NCBI GenBank assembly: GCA_963823665.1
Contig: CAWGMQ010000004.1
Span: 1,440,001 to 1,504,000 of the forward strand
Origin: an uncultured Planctomycetota bacterium
Lineage (GTDB): Bacteria; Planctomycetota; Planctomycetia; Isosphaerales; Isosphaeraceae
Length of the DNA: 64,000 nucleotides
Direction of reading: 5' to 3'
Positions 19,783 to 29,187 of this stretch are shown in pieces. The number at the start of each line of letters is the position of its first letter. Positions within the stretch are counted from its first letter, which is position 1. Both the position numbers and the translations under genes were made by a program. Below the pieces are notes generated by a model that worked only from the letters and a program-made list of their open reading frames with translations, did no database searches and was not told the DNA's origin.

Positions 19783-20862
19783 ATGGCGCAGGAGCCCACC
19801 CCGTCCCGCGGTCCGTCTGAACCGCGACTGCCATTTGAGAGCCCCGATTTACGAGATGGAAGCTCGCCTCGCAGATCTGGAGGCACACTACGCCAAGAAC
19901 CGCGCCGCGGGGGATTCTCCCAAGATCGCCGAACAGATCCGCAGGCTCAGGCGTGAGCTGGTGGCGCTCAAGCGCGAGATCTTCTCTCACCTCGAACCGT
20001 GGCAGATCGTTCAGGTCTCGCGCCACCAGCAACGGCCCCAAACCCGCGATTACATCGACCTGATCTTCGAGCAGTTCCTCGAGCTCCACGGCGACCGCGC
20101 CTTCGGCGACGACAAGGCGATCGTGACCGGGCTGGCCCACCTCGACGACATCAAGGTCATGTTCCTGGGCCATCAAAAGGGGAAAAACCTTGCCGAGCGT
20201 AAGCAGTGCAATTTCGGCTGCGCTCACCCCGAGGGCTATCGCAAGGCGCTCCTGAAAATGCGGCTCGCCGAGAAGTTCGGCCTGCCGATCATCTCGTTCA
20301 TCGATACGCCGGGCGCCTATCCGGGCATCACCGCCGAAGAGCGCGGCAAGCCTCGGTCATCGCCGAGAACCTGATGGCCATGAGCCAGATCCGCACGCCC
20401 ATCGTCGGTGTCGTCATCGGTGAAGGCGGCTCCGGCGGTGCGCTCGGAATCGGCATCGGCGACCGGCTGGCCATGCTCGAGTTCACCTATTACTCCGTGA
20501 TCAGCCCCGAAGGCTGCGCCTCGATCTTGTGGAAGGGAAGCGAGCATGCCCCCAAGGCGGCCGCCGCGCTCAAGTTGACAAGCCGCGACCTGCTGCGGTT
20601 CGGCATCATCGACGAGATCATCGCCGAGCCCGCCGGCGGCGCCCATCGCGACCACCGCGAGGCCGCCGCCAGCTTGAAGACCTTCCTCGTTCACTCGATC
20701 CGGCAGCTCAAGGAGATTCCCACCGATCGACTCGTACAAAGCCGTTACGAGAAATACCGCAACATCGGTGTCTTCCATGAAAAGCCGCCGCCCGAGCCCC
20801 CGCGCGAGCCCGAGGCCGAGCGGAACGGGCCGGCCGAATTGGATGAATCGGCCGGCATCTAA
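19783..20862 (+). CDS. accA: Acetyl-CoA carboxylase carboxyltransferase alpha subunit; indels at about 19840 and 20347
   Basis: RLPFE(A)PI, WQIVQVSRHQQRP, ELHGDRAFGDD, NFGCAHPEGYRKAL, FIDTPGAYPG, GEGGSGGALG, YSVISPEGCASIL. Confidence 0.95.
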
Positions 20863-20968
20863 GCGGGTGAATACCGGTCGCAATGACCGAATCTTGGCCG
20901 CCGAGTGTACGTCTATTTTTGGACGCAACCTGCTCCTTTTCACGACGCTCGACGGTAGGAGGGCACCC

Positions 20969-21987
20969 ATGCGAATTCGCGCGAAGTGGCGTTTACGGCA
21001 CGATGCTCGCCGGGATCGCGGTCCTGGCCGTCCTCATGGCACTTGTCACGGAGCGACAACGGCGACTGGCTGCTCAGGAGCGGGCAATTGACTGCGCTCG
21101 AGAAACTCGACGGCTGTTTCATTAACATGCGGCCTTTCTGTTGCGTCGCGGATTCAACTCGTCGTCCCGTCGTCGCCATCTGCGTCAACGACCCCGAAGT
21201 CTCGGATGCTGACCTTGCCCCCTTGGCTTGCTTGACCGAGCTCGAGAGCTTGGACCTCTCCATGACCAAAATCACAGACGCGGGGCTGGCCTTTCTGGAG
21301 GGGCTGACGAAAGTTCAAAATCTTTACCTCGTCGAGACTCAAATCACCGACGCCGGCTTGGTCCATTTGCGGGGGATGGTCAACCTCCGGTCGCTGAATA
21401 TCGGCGGCACGAAGGTTACGGGGCCCGGCCTTACCAAGTTGAAGGACTTGCCCAACCTCCGGTCCCTCAACCTTGTCGACACGCGAGTTACGGACTCAGG
21501 GCTCGTTTACTTGGGACTTTTGAAGGGTCTGACCGACGTCTCCCTTTCCGGAGCGATCACGGACGCCGGCCTGATCCATCTTGCAAAACTGATCAAACTT
21601 CGCGAGCTGGACCTCTTTTCCACGCAAGTTACCGGGGCTGGACTGGCGCACCTGAGCGGGCTCACGCAGCTCCGGAGCCTCAGCCTTGGGTCGAGCCCAT
21701 TGCTTGACAGCGGGCTGATCCATCTGCGTTCGCTGACAAACCTCGAGTCACTGGACCTCGGCGACACCAAGGTCAGGGGTCCTGGCCTGGAGCACTTGAG
21801 AGGGCTTGCGCACCTGAAGTCGCTGAGCCTCGACGGGGCTCCCGTAAGCGACTCGAGCCTGGACTATCTGAAGAACCTCGCCCAGCTTGAGAGCCTCCTC
21901 CTGGCCTACACTGATGTTACTTGGACGGGCTCGCACGAGCTCAAGCGGGCGTTAGCCAAGACTCAAGTTCGATGGATGGGGAAGTGA
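20969..21987 (+). CDS. Leucine-rich repeat protein with N-terminal membrane anchor; 5' indels
   Basis: About ten 24-aa repeats LxxLxLxxTxITDAGLxHLxGL. The N-terminal TM segment (MLAGIAVLAVLMALV) lies in an adjacent frame. Confidence 0.9.
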
Positions 21988-22161
21988 CGGCGCCAGCGTG
22001 ATGCCGACCTCCATCTGTCGCGGGTCGTCTTGCGGAAAGTGCATCCCGCAGTCATCTTCGAGAAGGGACCGATAGGCACACAGGACGGTGAGATCGTTGT
22101 CCGTCAAGCGGCGGAGGATCAGCCGCGGCGAGTGAAGCTCGGTTAACGCGATTATTGCCAT
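21988..22161 (-). pseudogene. Remnant of a RimJ/RimL-type GNAT acetyltransferase (internally deleted and 3' truncated)
   Basis: LHSPRLILRRLTDNDL...AYRS is joined directly to DCGMHFPQDDPRQMEVGITLAP. The middle part and the acetyl-CoA-binding loop are missing. Confidence 0.6.
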
Positions 22162-22727
22162 TCGAGCAGCGCCGGATCGGCCCCGACAGCGGCGCTCGAC
22201 GAGTCGGGTGGATGCGCCGCCGTTTCCTCCGCGCTCCATCGTTCGAAGCGGAGCGTGATCCTCAGTCTCCGCGCCAACCATCCGCCGAAGAGCGCGATGA
22301 CCAACTGCGGAGGCGAAAACAGAACGGCCCCGAACCCTAGCTCGACGGATAGTTGAACCCACCCCGGCGAACCTTGGAAAAGCGGCTCAAGGACGGGTCT
22401 CGTCCAGGTTCCGATCCATTCGGTGAAGGCCAGCAGTGCCCAAGGTGCAATCGAATAAATCGTGACGAACGCGAAGATCGCGACCCAACCGAAGGCCTCG
22501 AATCCGAGAGCGAATGGGGAGAACCGGTCTCCCCGCACCAGGTTCCGGGCCGAGAACAAGCCGACCAGGAACAGGACACTCGCCATCGGCATGACACCGC
22601 AGGCGAAAAACAGGTGCCCAAGGAAATCGGGACTGGACTGGTTGAACGACCTCAACACCGAAAGATTGATGGCGATCGCCGCGACGACAGCCATCAAACC
22701 GGCGATCGGAAAGCGCGCGCGCTTCAT
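22152..22727 (-). CDS. Hypothetical membrane protein (about 4 TM)
   Basis: 191 aa, N-terminal RFPIAGLMAVVA, hydrophobic segments, GGAGG SD. Confidence 0.7.
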   Translation of the reverse strand: MKRARFPIAGLMAVVAAIAINLSVLRSFNQSSPDFLGHLFFACGVMPMASVLFLVGLFSARNLVRGDRFSPFALGFEAFGWVAIFAFVTIYSIAPWALLAFTEWIGTWTRPVLEPLFQGSPGWVQLSVELGFGAVLFSPPQLVIALFGGWLARRLRITLRFERWSAEETAAHPPDSSSAAVGADPALLEWQ

Positions 22728-22766
22728 GACATTCCTCCGTGAACAGCCTATTTCCTCGAACGCTTC

Positions 22767-24093
22767 TTAGACCTTCGCGGGTACCACAAATGGCGCCCGG
22801 TACTCGCGAGTGAGCATCGCATCGGCCTCGGAATCGCCTTCGAACGACTCGGTCGAGGGGTGGATCCGCAACTTGCGGCCGAGCCGGTAGGCGATGTTTC
22901 CCAGGTGACAGTACGCGCTGGAAAGATGCCCTTCTTCGATGTCAGCCGCCAGGATCTTGGAATCACGCGCCTTGAGGGCCTTGATGAAGTTGGCGAAATG
23001 ATCGCCGCCACCGGAGCCGCCGGGGCCTTTCTCAAGCTTGGGCCCGAGGAACGACTGCCAGTCGGTGTAGCTCGAGATTGCCAGGACGCCCTCCGTGCCG
23101 TAGAAGATGTCGCCGATCTTGACCTTGGCCTCGTCGTTGGTCAAAAGCCCGCGCACCTCGAATTGAAGCTCGCAATCGTCGAACTCGAAGCCGACGTGCA
23201 GCGTGTTCGGCGTCTGGCCGTCATCCGAGTAACCAAACCGGCCGCCCGACGCCACCACCGCTTTGGGAAATTCGTTCTTGCCGAGGCCCCAGCGGGCGAG
23301 GTCCATCTGGTGGATACCCTGGTTGCCGAGGTCGCCGTTGCCGTAATCCCAGTGCCAGTGCCAGTTGTAATGGAAGCGATTCGGGTTGAACGACCGTTCA
23401 GAGGCCGGCCCGAGCCAGACGTTGTAATCGACTTCAGCCGGAGCCGGGCAATCGGCCGCATGCCCGATCGAGCCGCGCGGCTTGTAGCAGAGGCCCTTGG
23501 CCATGTAGATCTGGCCGAGCTTGCCCGATCGCAGCAACGGCGACGGCGTCTTGAATGCCCTTGTGGCTGCGGCACTGAGTGCCGGTCTGGACGATGCGCT
23601 CGTGTTTTCGCGCGGCCTCGACCATCCGCCGGCCTTCGCTCACGTTGTGGCTGACCGGCTTCTCGACATAGACGTCCTTGCCCGCCTGGCATGCCCAGAT
23701 CGTCGCCAGGGCGTGCCAGTGGTTGGGCGTGGCGATCGAGATGGCGTCGATCGTTTTGTCGTCGAGCAGGCGGCGAATGTCTTGCACGATCTTGGGCGCC
23801 GACTTGGAATTTCGTTCGACCATCTTGGCCCCGCGGCCGGCCGCGCGGAGATCAACGTCGCAGATCGCCGTGATGCGCACGTCCTTGAGATGGCTCCAGC
23901 CGGCGATGTGGTCCCTGCCCCGGCCGTTGACGCCGCACACCGCCATCCGCACGGTGTCGTTCGGCCCGGCCGGCTTTTGATCGCCATCCCCGTCATCCGG
24001 GGCCGCGACGGCCTTCGCTGCCGGAATCGCGGCCATCGCCGCGGCTATCTTGGCCGTGTCTGCGAAAAACTCTCGGCGAGGGAGCGAGCGCAT
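22767..24093 (-). CDS. Tat-exported Gfo/Idh/MocA oxidoreductase; indel at about 23540
   Basis: RREFF Tat motif, VCGVNGRG, IATPNHWH, GKDVYVEKP, WDYGNGDLGNQGIHQMD. Confidence 0.92.
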
Positions 24094-24350
24094 GGGTGGG
24101 ACCCTCTTCACGGAGGATGGGTTGGCGGGAGGCAAACGCACGGAGATCCTTTTATCTAACCGCGTTTTGGATGGGGGCGTCAAGCGCGGTGTGCCATCGG
24201 ATTCCGAGTAATCCCGAACAAACCGAAGGCGCCTCGCCCCATCGCCAGCCCAGGTCGCGGCGCGCGACGAACCACCGCTAGCCATGCGTCGTGCCGCCGA
24301 AACATTCGGGCGCCCAGCGGATGTTTTTCAACATCAATTCGAATAGACTC

Positions 24351-24386
24351 TTGACACAATGTCCATCATTCCGATAGACATTATAT
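24351..24386 (+). promoter_or_regulatory. Candidate promoter with overlapping inverted repeat
   Basis: TTGACA at 24351 followed by AATGTC-N13-GACATT, within an AT-rich stretch. Confidence 0.35.
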
Positions 24387-24572
24387 TACGACGCGTACAG
24401 TTGCTGTGTCGGTCGCACCTATCTGCTGATCACGTGCTTCTACCGTTCGGGCGGATCTTCATAACTCTTTACATCACTGTACTTATCTCTTTCAGCGGAC
24501 AACTCGGCGAACCAATCTCGATTAAAACGATCAATAAAATCGGTTTGCTCAAAACAAAGAGGGGAGATTCCG

Positions 24573-24794
24573 ATGAGACGACGGTGCCTGTTCGCTATGG
24601 CGTGCGTGATTGCGGGTGTTTCGTCACTCGGTTGCACGACGCAGGGAGAGTCGCCGCTGGGTCACCTCACCACGCAGGTCGTGAGCAACCGCGAAACGGA
24701 GATGAAGAAACTGCGGTCATCGCCGTATTATCGGCCGGTGACGCAGGCGAGTGCTGTCACACAAACCGATCACGCGGCACTGGCGCGCCAGTGA
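24573..24794 (+). CDS. Small lipoprotein, hypothetical
   Basis: MRRRCLFAMACVIAGVSSLG-C lipobox. GAGGGGAG SD. Confidence 0.65.
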   Translation: MRRRCLFAMACVIAGVSSLGCTTQGESPLGHLTTQVVSNRETEMKKLRSSPYYRPVTQASAVTQTDHAALARQ

Positions 24795-24908
24795 ACCTCG
24801 CCCGGTCCAGCCTGTAGCGGTGTGCGCGGCGTCGGTGAGAATTAATCGCCGATCCGTTGAACGCGGGCCGGCAAAACGTTGGCTTGAGAGCCGACGTTTA
24901 GCCCACGA

Positions 24909-24938
24909 TTGCCGGCGTGCCAACCGGCACGCCGGCAA
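24909..24938. terminator. Perfect 13-bp hairpin immediately downstream of the Cys-rich gene
   Basis: TTGCCGGCGTGCC-aacc-GGCACGCCGGCAA. No clear U-tract. Confidence 0.5.
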
Positions 24939-24946
24939 AGAACATT

Positions 24947-25422
24947 TCAACAGCCGCAGCAAACCGGCGTGTTGTTGAACATCAGGCAGCAGGTGCAACC
25001 TGCTTTGATCATCGAGGTCATGCACGCGCAGCAGGCCTCGATCATCGCGCAGCACGCTGGGTCGCCGCTCGTGCACGTGACGCATACCCCGTCTTCCGTG
25101 GGTTCGCACTTGCACATCGCCATGACCAGATTGCAACAGCACGCGACCATGCCGTTCATCATGCAGCAGCAACTGCACAGGCCGCCCGGCATCATCGTGC
25201 ACAGGTTCTGGAGCATGGTCGCCGAGACCTTGTCGTCGCACGGCGCAAACGATCTTCATCCCTCCGGCGCACTTCTTGAACGTCATCGTGCAGCGAGGCA
25301 CCATCAGCACATTCATGCCGGTCGGTGTCGCGGCCGGTGCGCCCAGGAGCCCACTCGGATTCGACACGGGCATGCCCGGCAGCTCCCACTCCGGCTCGTT
25401 CCATCATGACTGCTGAACTCAT
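24947..25422 (-). CDS. Cys/Met-rich metallothionein-like protein (about 157 aa after repairing indels at about 25382 and 25241)
   Basis: AAGGAG SD before ATG 25422. The C-terminal 89 aa contain 23 Cys and 12 Met, with a two-fold internal repeat. Confidence 0.75.
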
Positions 25423-25771
25423 CCTGCTCTCCTTTGGTGACAACCCATTGTCGCGAAGCACGAGAAACTCTCCTCGCCCCAAGGTTGACCGGCGATTGGT
25501 GAAAAATCAAGTCGTTTTACAAGAATTTGAAGGAATGTGATTATGACCAATTTGATAAACAACCCGTCTGCGCCAGGCCGTTGCTTGGCAGCGAATCTGG
25601 GGATCGCGGTGATCTACATCCGATAAAAAATCTGGAGAATCTGGCTAAAACTCGGCAACCACTCGACCTAACTCGTTTTGCCGTTCGAGCCTATGGTAAC
25701 GCCTTTGACGACCGGATGCCTGAAACTGCGCATTTGTTGCGAAAAAGACGGTGTCATAGCCATACCTCAGC

Positions 25772-26057
25772 ATGTCGATGATAATAGTCAGGAAATCGCT
25801 CCTTTTCGTACCGGGGCCACATCTCTCTGTCGAGGTGCTCAATGTATTCAAAGAACTTTACGGGGGGCGAAGGAGCGTCGACCCTTGCGTTCGGACGGCG
25901 GACGGTCGCGCCGACACTTGTTATTCTGCCGGCAATTTCACCGGGCATTCCCGCGACTCACGCATCGCAGGAAATCTATCACCTTGCGTATGAATGGGCA
26001 CTCGCGATGCTCCGGCCAGGAGGATACGAGCTCGCCAATCGGCTCGTGCTGAACTGA
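25772..26057 (+). CDS. Hypothetical small protein (indel in the G-run at about 25865)
   Basis: ORF 25772 joins ORF 25842..26057 at a G6 homopolymer, giving a C-terminus QEIYHLAYEWALAMLRPGGYELANRLVLN. Confidence 0.45.
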
Positions 26058-26294
26058 GCGCCCGCGCCCCTTTCCGGCACGCCGCGTTCGAGAAAAGTGT
26101 CAGCGCCTTTCACCGCACTGAAAGGCCGCTGACACCTTGTTTGCTTTTCGAGGGCGAGATCGCACTGATCGACCCAACTGCGTTTCGCGTCCTCGCCATC
26201 GACGACCTGATATCTTTTGGAACCCCGACTTGCGCGTTAGTCTGTGGTCATTGCTGACTCACGCCTCCAGCCCTCCAGCACCCAGGAGAATCAC

Positions 26295-27206
26295 ATGCGG
26301 CTTCGACCTGCGGCCGTTGGTTGTGCGCTTGCCGGCTCGATGCTCCTTTGGGCCAGCCGTGCATCGGCGAGCGACGACGGAGCGGCTCTCAAGGAGCGCG
26401 TTCTGAAGACGTATCCCGGGGTCTTGGGCGCGCTCGAAGCGCGATTCGCCAATGCATTCGGGTCCGTGACAGGAGTGGAAGAACACTTCATGGGCAAACC
26501 CAATCACATCCGGATCAACGGGCAGTTCACCTTCGCGTCAAAGGGCCCGGTGTTCGCCAAGGTGACCAGGATCGCGACGATGACAAGGATGAACGACCAG
26601 AAGCCAGGTCCACCGAGAGAAACGGTCTTCTGCATCAACCCCGAGAATGCATTCTGGTTGGTGAAGGCGGCCGGCAAGCGCGAATTCACGGTCCAGTCAT
26701 TTGCAAAAGACAAGGATGGGCAGACGTTTATCAAAAACCAGATGCCGAGCTGGTTGTACTCGTATCTTCGTGCTCCATTCTCATTCGGCGGTCCTTCGAT
26801 GAGCTCGGTCATTGCCGACGGGGGCGCGGCCATCGATCACGTTTCCGCCGTGCAGCAGGACGGGAAATCGTATTTAAGAATCGCTTTTGACTTCAAGAAC
26901 GGGAAATTCCCTCGCCTGCGAAACATTGCCGGCTGGGTGCTGGTCGCACCGGAGGAGAAGTGGGCTATTCATGAATACGAATACTCAGATACACAGAACG
27001 TCTTTCACGGACGGATCGAGTACTCGCCGCCCCAGGACGGATTTCCGGTCCCCAAGCGGGTCGTGATCACGCACTCACTCGCCGGCCAGCAGCAACCGAG
27101 CGGTGTCGACACCTACGAATTCAACGAGCTTCATTTCGGCGATGTGCCAGACGTTGATTTTCGGATCTCTTTCTTCGGGCTTGCCGAGCCTCAAAAGGCG
27201 AAGTGA
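26295..27206 (+). CDS. Hypothetical secreted protein
   Basis: AGGAG SD, signal peptide ending ASA, beta-rich mature region. Confidence 0.75.
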   Translation: MRLRPAAVGCALAGSMLLWASRASASDDGAALKERVLKTYPGVLGALEARFANAFGSVTGVEEHFMGKPNHIRINGQFTFASKGPVFAKVTRIATMTRMNDQKPGPPRETVFCINPENAFWLVKAAGKREFTVQSFAKDKDGQTFIKNQMPSWLYSYLRAPFSFGGPSMSSVIADGGAAIDHVSAVQQDGKSYLRIAFDFKNGKFPRLRNIAGWVLVAPEEKWAIHEYEYSDTQNVFHGRIEYSPPQDGFPVPKRVVITHSLAGQQQPSGVDTYEFNELHFGDVPDVDFRISFFGLAEPQKAK

Positions 27207-27342
27207 AGGCGGCGTTCGCCACACGGGCTCGGTGCGCCCGGATCTCGACGCTTACCATCTCCCATCGCAGAGCCAACTGGCGTTAGAATGCTAAACAGCG
27301 GCGCGAAACTCGCGCGGTGCGCCCGTGGTTGCGAGCCTCATC

Positions 27343-27708
27343 ATGCCGAACATGAAACGGTCTTCAGCAGGTTATCAGATCGATGGGCGGGTCTCTATCG
27401 CCCTTGACGCCTTGAATGACAAGCAGAAGCAGGACGTGACGCGCGTCATCGCGGACCGCGACAACTTCATTGCAAGCGCTGCGAACCGGCGAAGGGTGCG
27501 CAAGATCTCGAAGGACAATCCGGTCTACGCTCTCAGCGTTCCGTCGGGCCTGAGAATTATTTTCTCCAAAGTGGGGGAAGACATCGTCGTCATGGATTTG
27601 ATGAGGCAGGCAGTTCTCGATCAATTCGGTGCGCGGCAGGCCGGTAAACCAAAAGGGAGCGTTTCCAAGAAGTCTTGCGCCGCTTCCCGGCCCAAGAAAG
27701 TATCGTAA
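27343..27708 (+). CDS. Hypothetical protein with RelE/ParE-like pattern
   Basis: ALDALNDKQKQDV...VRKI...VYALSVPSGLRIIFSKVGEDIVVMDL resembles the RelE helix-helix-beta-sheet layout. No antitoxin adjacent. Confidence 0.45.
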   Translation: MPNMKRSSAGYQIDGRVSIALDALNDKQKQDVTRVIADRDNFIASAANRRRVRKISKDNPVYALSVPSGLRIIFSKVGEDIVVMDLMRQAVLDQFGARQAGKPKGSVSKKSCAASRPKKVS

Positions 27709-27761
27709 CTGCATCACGTACGACAAGCTCTATGAAGACTTGTCTTCGCGGCTCAAGATCT

Positions 27762-28742
27762 TCAGCGGCTGATGATCCCCGGGGTCAGCGTCACCTTTCG
27801 AAACTCGACCACGCCATGATCGCCTTGCAGCATGATGGGGCCGGGCTTGCCTTCGTCGCTGTCGAGTGCTCCGCCCGTGATGCCGGGAATGGGCTGCCGG
27901 TCGATCACTTGCTCGCCGTTGAGCACGATCGTCACAGCACGGCCGACCAGAGTGCTCTCGAGCGTCTGCCACTCGCCTGATTTCTTCGCTGCGTTTTTGA
28001 GCGGCATCAAGAAGCCGTAAATGCCGCCGATGTTGTGGCTATCCGGCTCCTCGCCGTGGTTGTCTTCGATCTGCGCTTCATAGCGCCCACGCAAGTAGAT
28101 TCCGCTGTTGCTGCCGCGGGGATAGCGGAACTCGACGTGAAGCTTGAAATCCGTGAATTTCTGCTCGGTTAACAGATCGTTTCCCGGCTCGGCGTTCACG
28201 AGCACGCCATCGCGAATGAGCCAGCCGTTCTTGGCACCGGCAGTGCGCGGCTTCCAGCCGGTTAAGTCGCGCCCGTTGAACAGCTCGACCGCCTCGTCCC
28301 ATTCAGGCTCGCCGGTCCGCTTGAGTGACGGAGCGCGGTGTGCTTCCCAGGCGACCCGGCGGCCCTTGTCATTGGTCGTCTCGCCGCGAAGCACGTCTCC
28401 GTCGAGCTGGCCATCGATGTGCTGGAGGTCGGTGCGCTTCTCCCACTGGGGCGGGACGGAGAAGTGAATGCGGCCCTTGTCGTACTCAACCAACGAAATC
28501 GGCCGGGCGCTGCCGACGCGGCCCACGAATGACCCGACCAGCGTGCGATATCCCGACTGCCGCACTTCCAGCCACGATGGGTAATCACCGTCGGGACCGT
28601 GCACCGTGAGATCCCACCGCCCGACCACCGGCGGCGGCTTCTGCTTGGTGAACGGATCATCCTGGGCGCCGGCCGATGCGGTGATCTCGACGATCGCGAG
28701 TGCCACGGTGGCGGTTGTCCGAGCGAGCTTATTAAAGGTCAT
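27762..28742 (-). CDS. DUF1080 (3-keto-disaccharide hydrolase-like) secreted protein
   Basis: LFNGRDLTGW, FTDFKLHVEF, NSGIYLRGRYEAQI, GPIMLQGDHG. Confidence 0.92.
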   Translation of the reverse strand: MTFNKLARTTATVALAIVEITASAGAQDDPFTKQKPPPVVGRWDLTVHGPDGDYPSWLEVRQSGYRTLVGSFVGRVGSARPISLVEYDKGRIHFSVPPQWEKRTDLQHIDGQLDGDVLRGETTNDKGRRVAWEAHRAPSLKRTGEPEWDEAVELFNGRDLTGWKPRTAGAKNGWLIRDGVLVNAEPGNDLLTEQKFTDFKLHVEFRYPRGSNSGIYLRGRYEAQIEDNHGEEPDSHNIGGIYGFLMPLKNAAKKSGEWQTLESTLVGRAVTIVLNGEQVIDRQPIPGITGGALDSDEGKPGPIMLQGDHGVVEFRKVTLTPGIISR

Positions 28743-29142
28743 TGCCGTCTCCCGGCGCGATTTGCTTTGCCGTCGCGCTCTGCTTCCGAGTGTAAACCCA
28801 CGCCCAGAGAATCAAGATCCCCTGCAAAGGCAGCCGAAGCAAGAGCGCACGCGGCGACACGCCGAATAACTCTGCGTGCTGGTACATGTAGATATTCGCG
28901 GGGAAGACGGCGATCAAGAGAGCGATCAATCCCCACGCAGCCAGGCGAGTAGTTTGCGGAATCACGAGCATCACGCCCAGAACGACCTCGAAGACGCCAC
29001 TGACAAACACCAGCTCTCGAGGGAAGGGAAGATAAGGCGGCACGATCTTGACGAAGGAGCCGGGCGAGACAAAGTGGCCAGCCCCCGCGACCAGGAAAAG
29101 CATCGCGAAGACGAATTTGCCGGCAAACTTCCAGAATTTCAT
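28732..29142 (-). CDS. DoxX-like membrane protein
   Basis: AGAGHF...VPPYLP...SGVFE...LIAVFPANIY...RLPLQ. Confidence 0.85.
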   Translation of the reverse strand: MKFWKFAGKFVFAMLFLVAGAGHFVSPGSFVKIVPPYLPFPRELVFVSGVFEVVLGVMLVIPQTTRLAAWGLIALLIAVFPANIYMYQHAELFGVSPRALLLRLPLQGILILWAWVYTRKQSATAKQIAPGDGNDL

Positions 29143-29187
29143 GGCGTGGTCCAGGAGTGCGGGTCCCGTGGAACGCTGACCCACTTC

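Noticed and set aside
19783..20862. accA and other split genes as pseudogenes or programmed frameshifts
   Set aside because: The indels are scattered over many unrelated genes, including an essential one, and lack slippery-site signatures. Sequencing error is more parsimonious.
21200..21930. Regular repeats of about 72 nt
   Set aside because: Explained by the 24-aa LRR coding repeats. There are no identical repeats with unique spacers, so this is not CRISPR.
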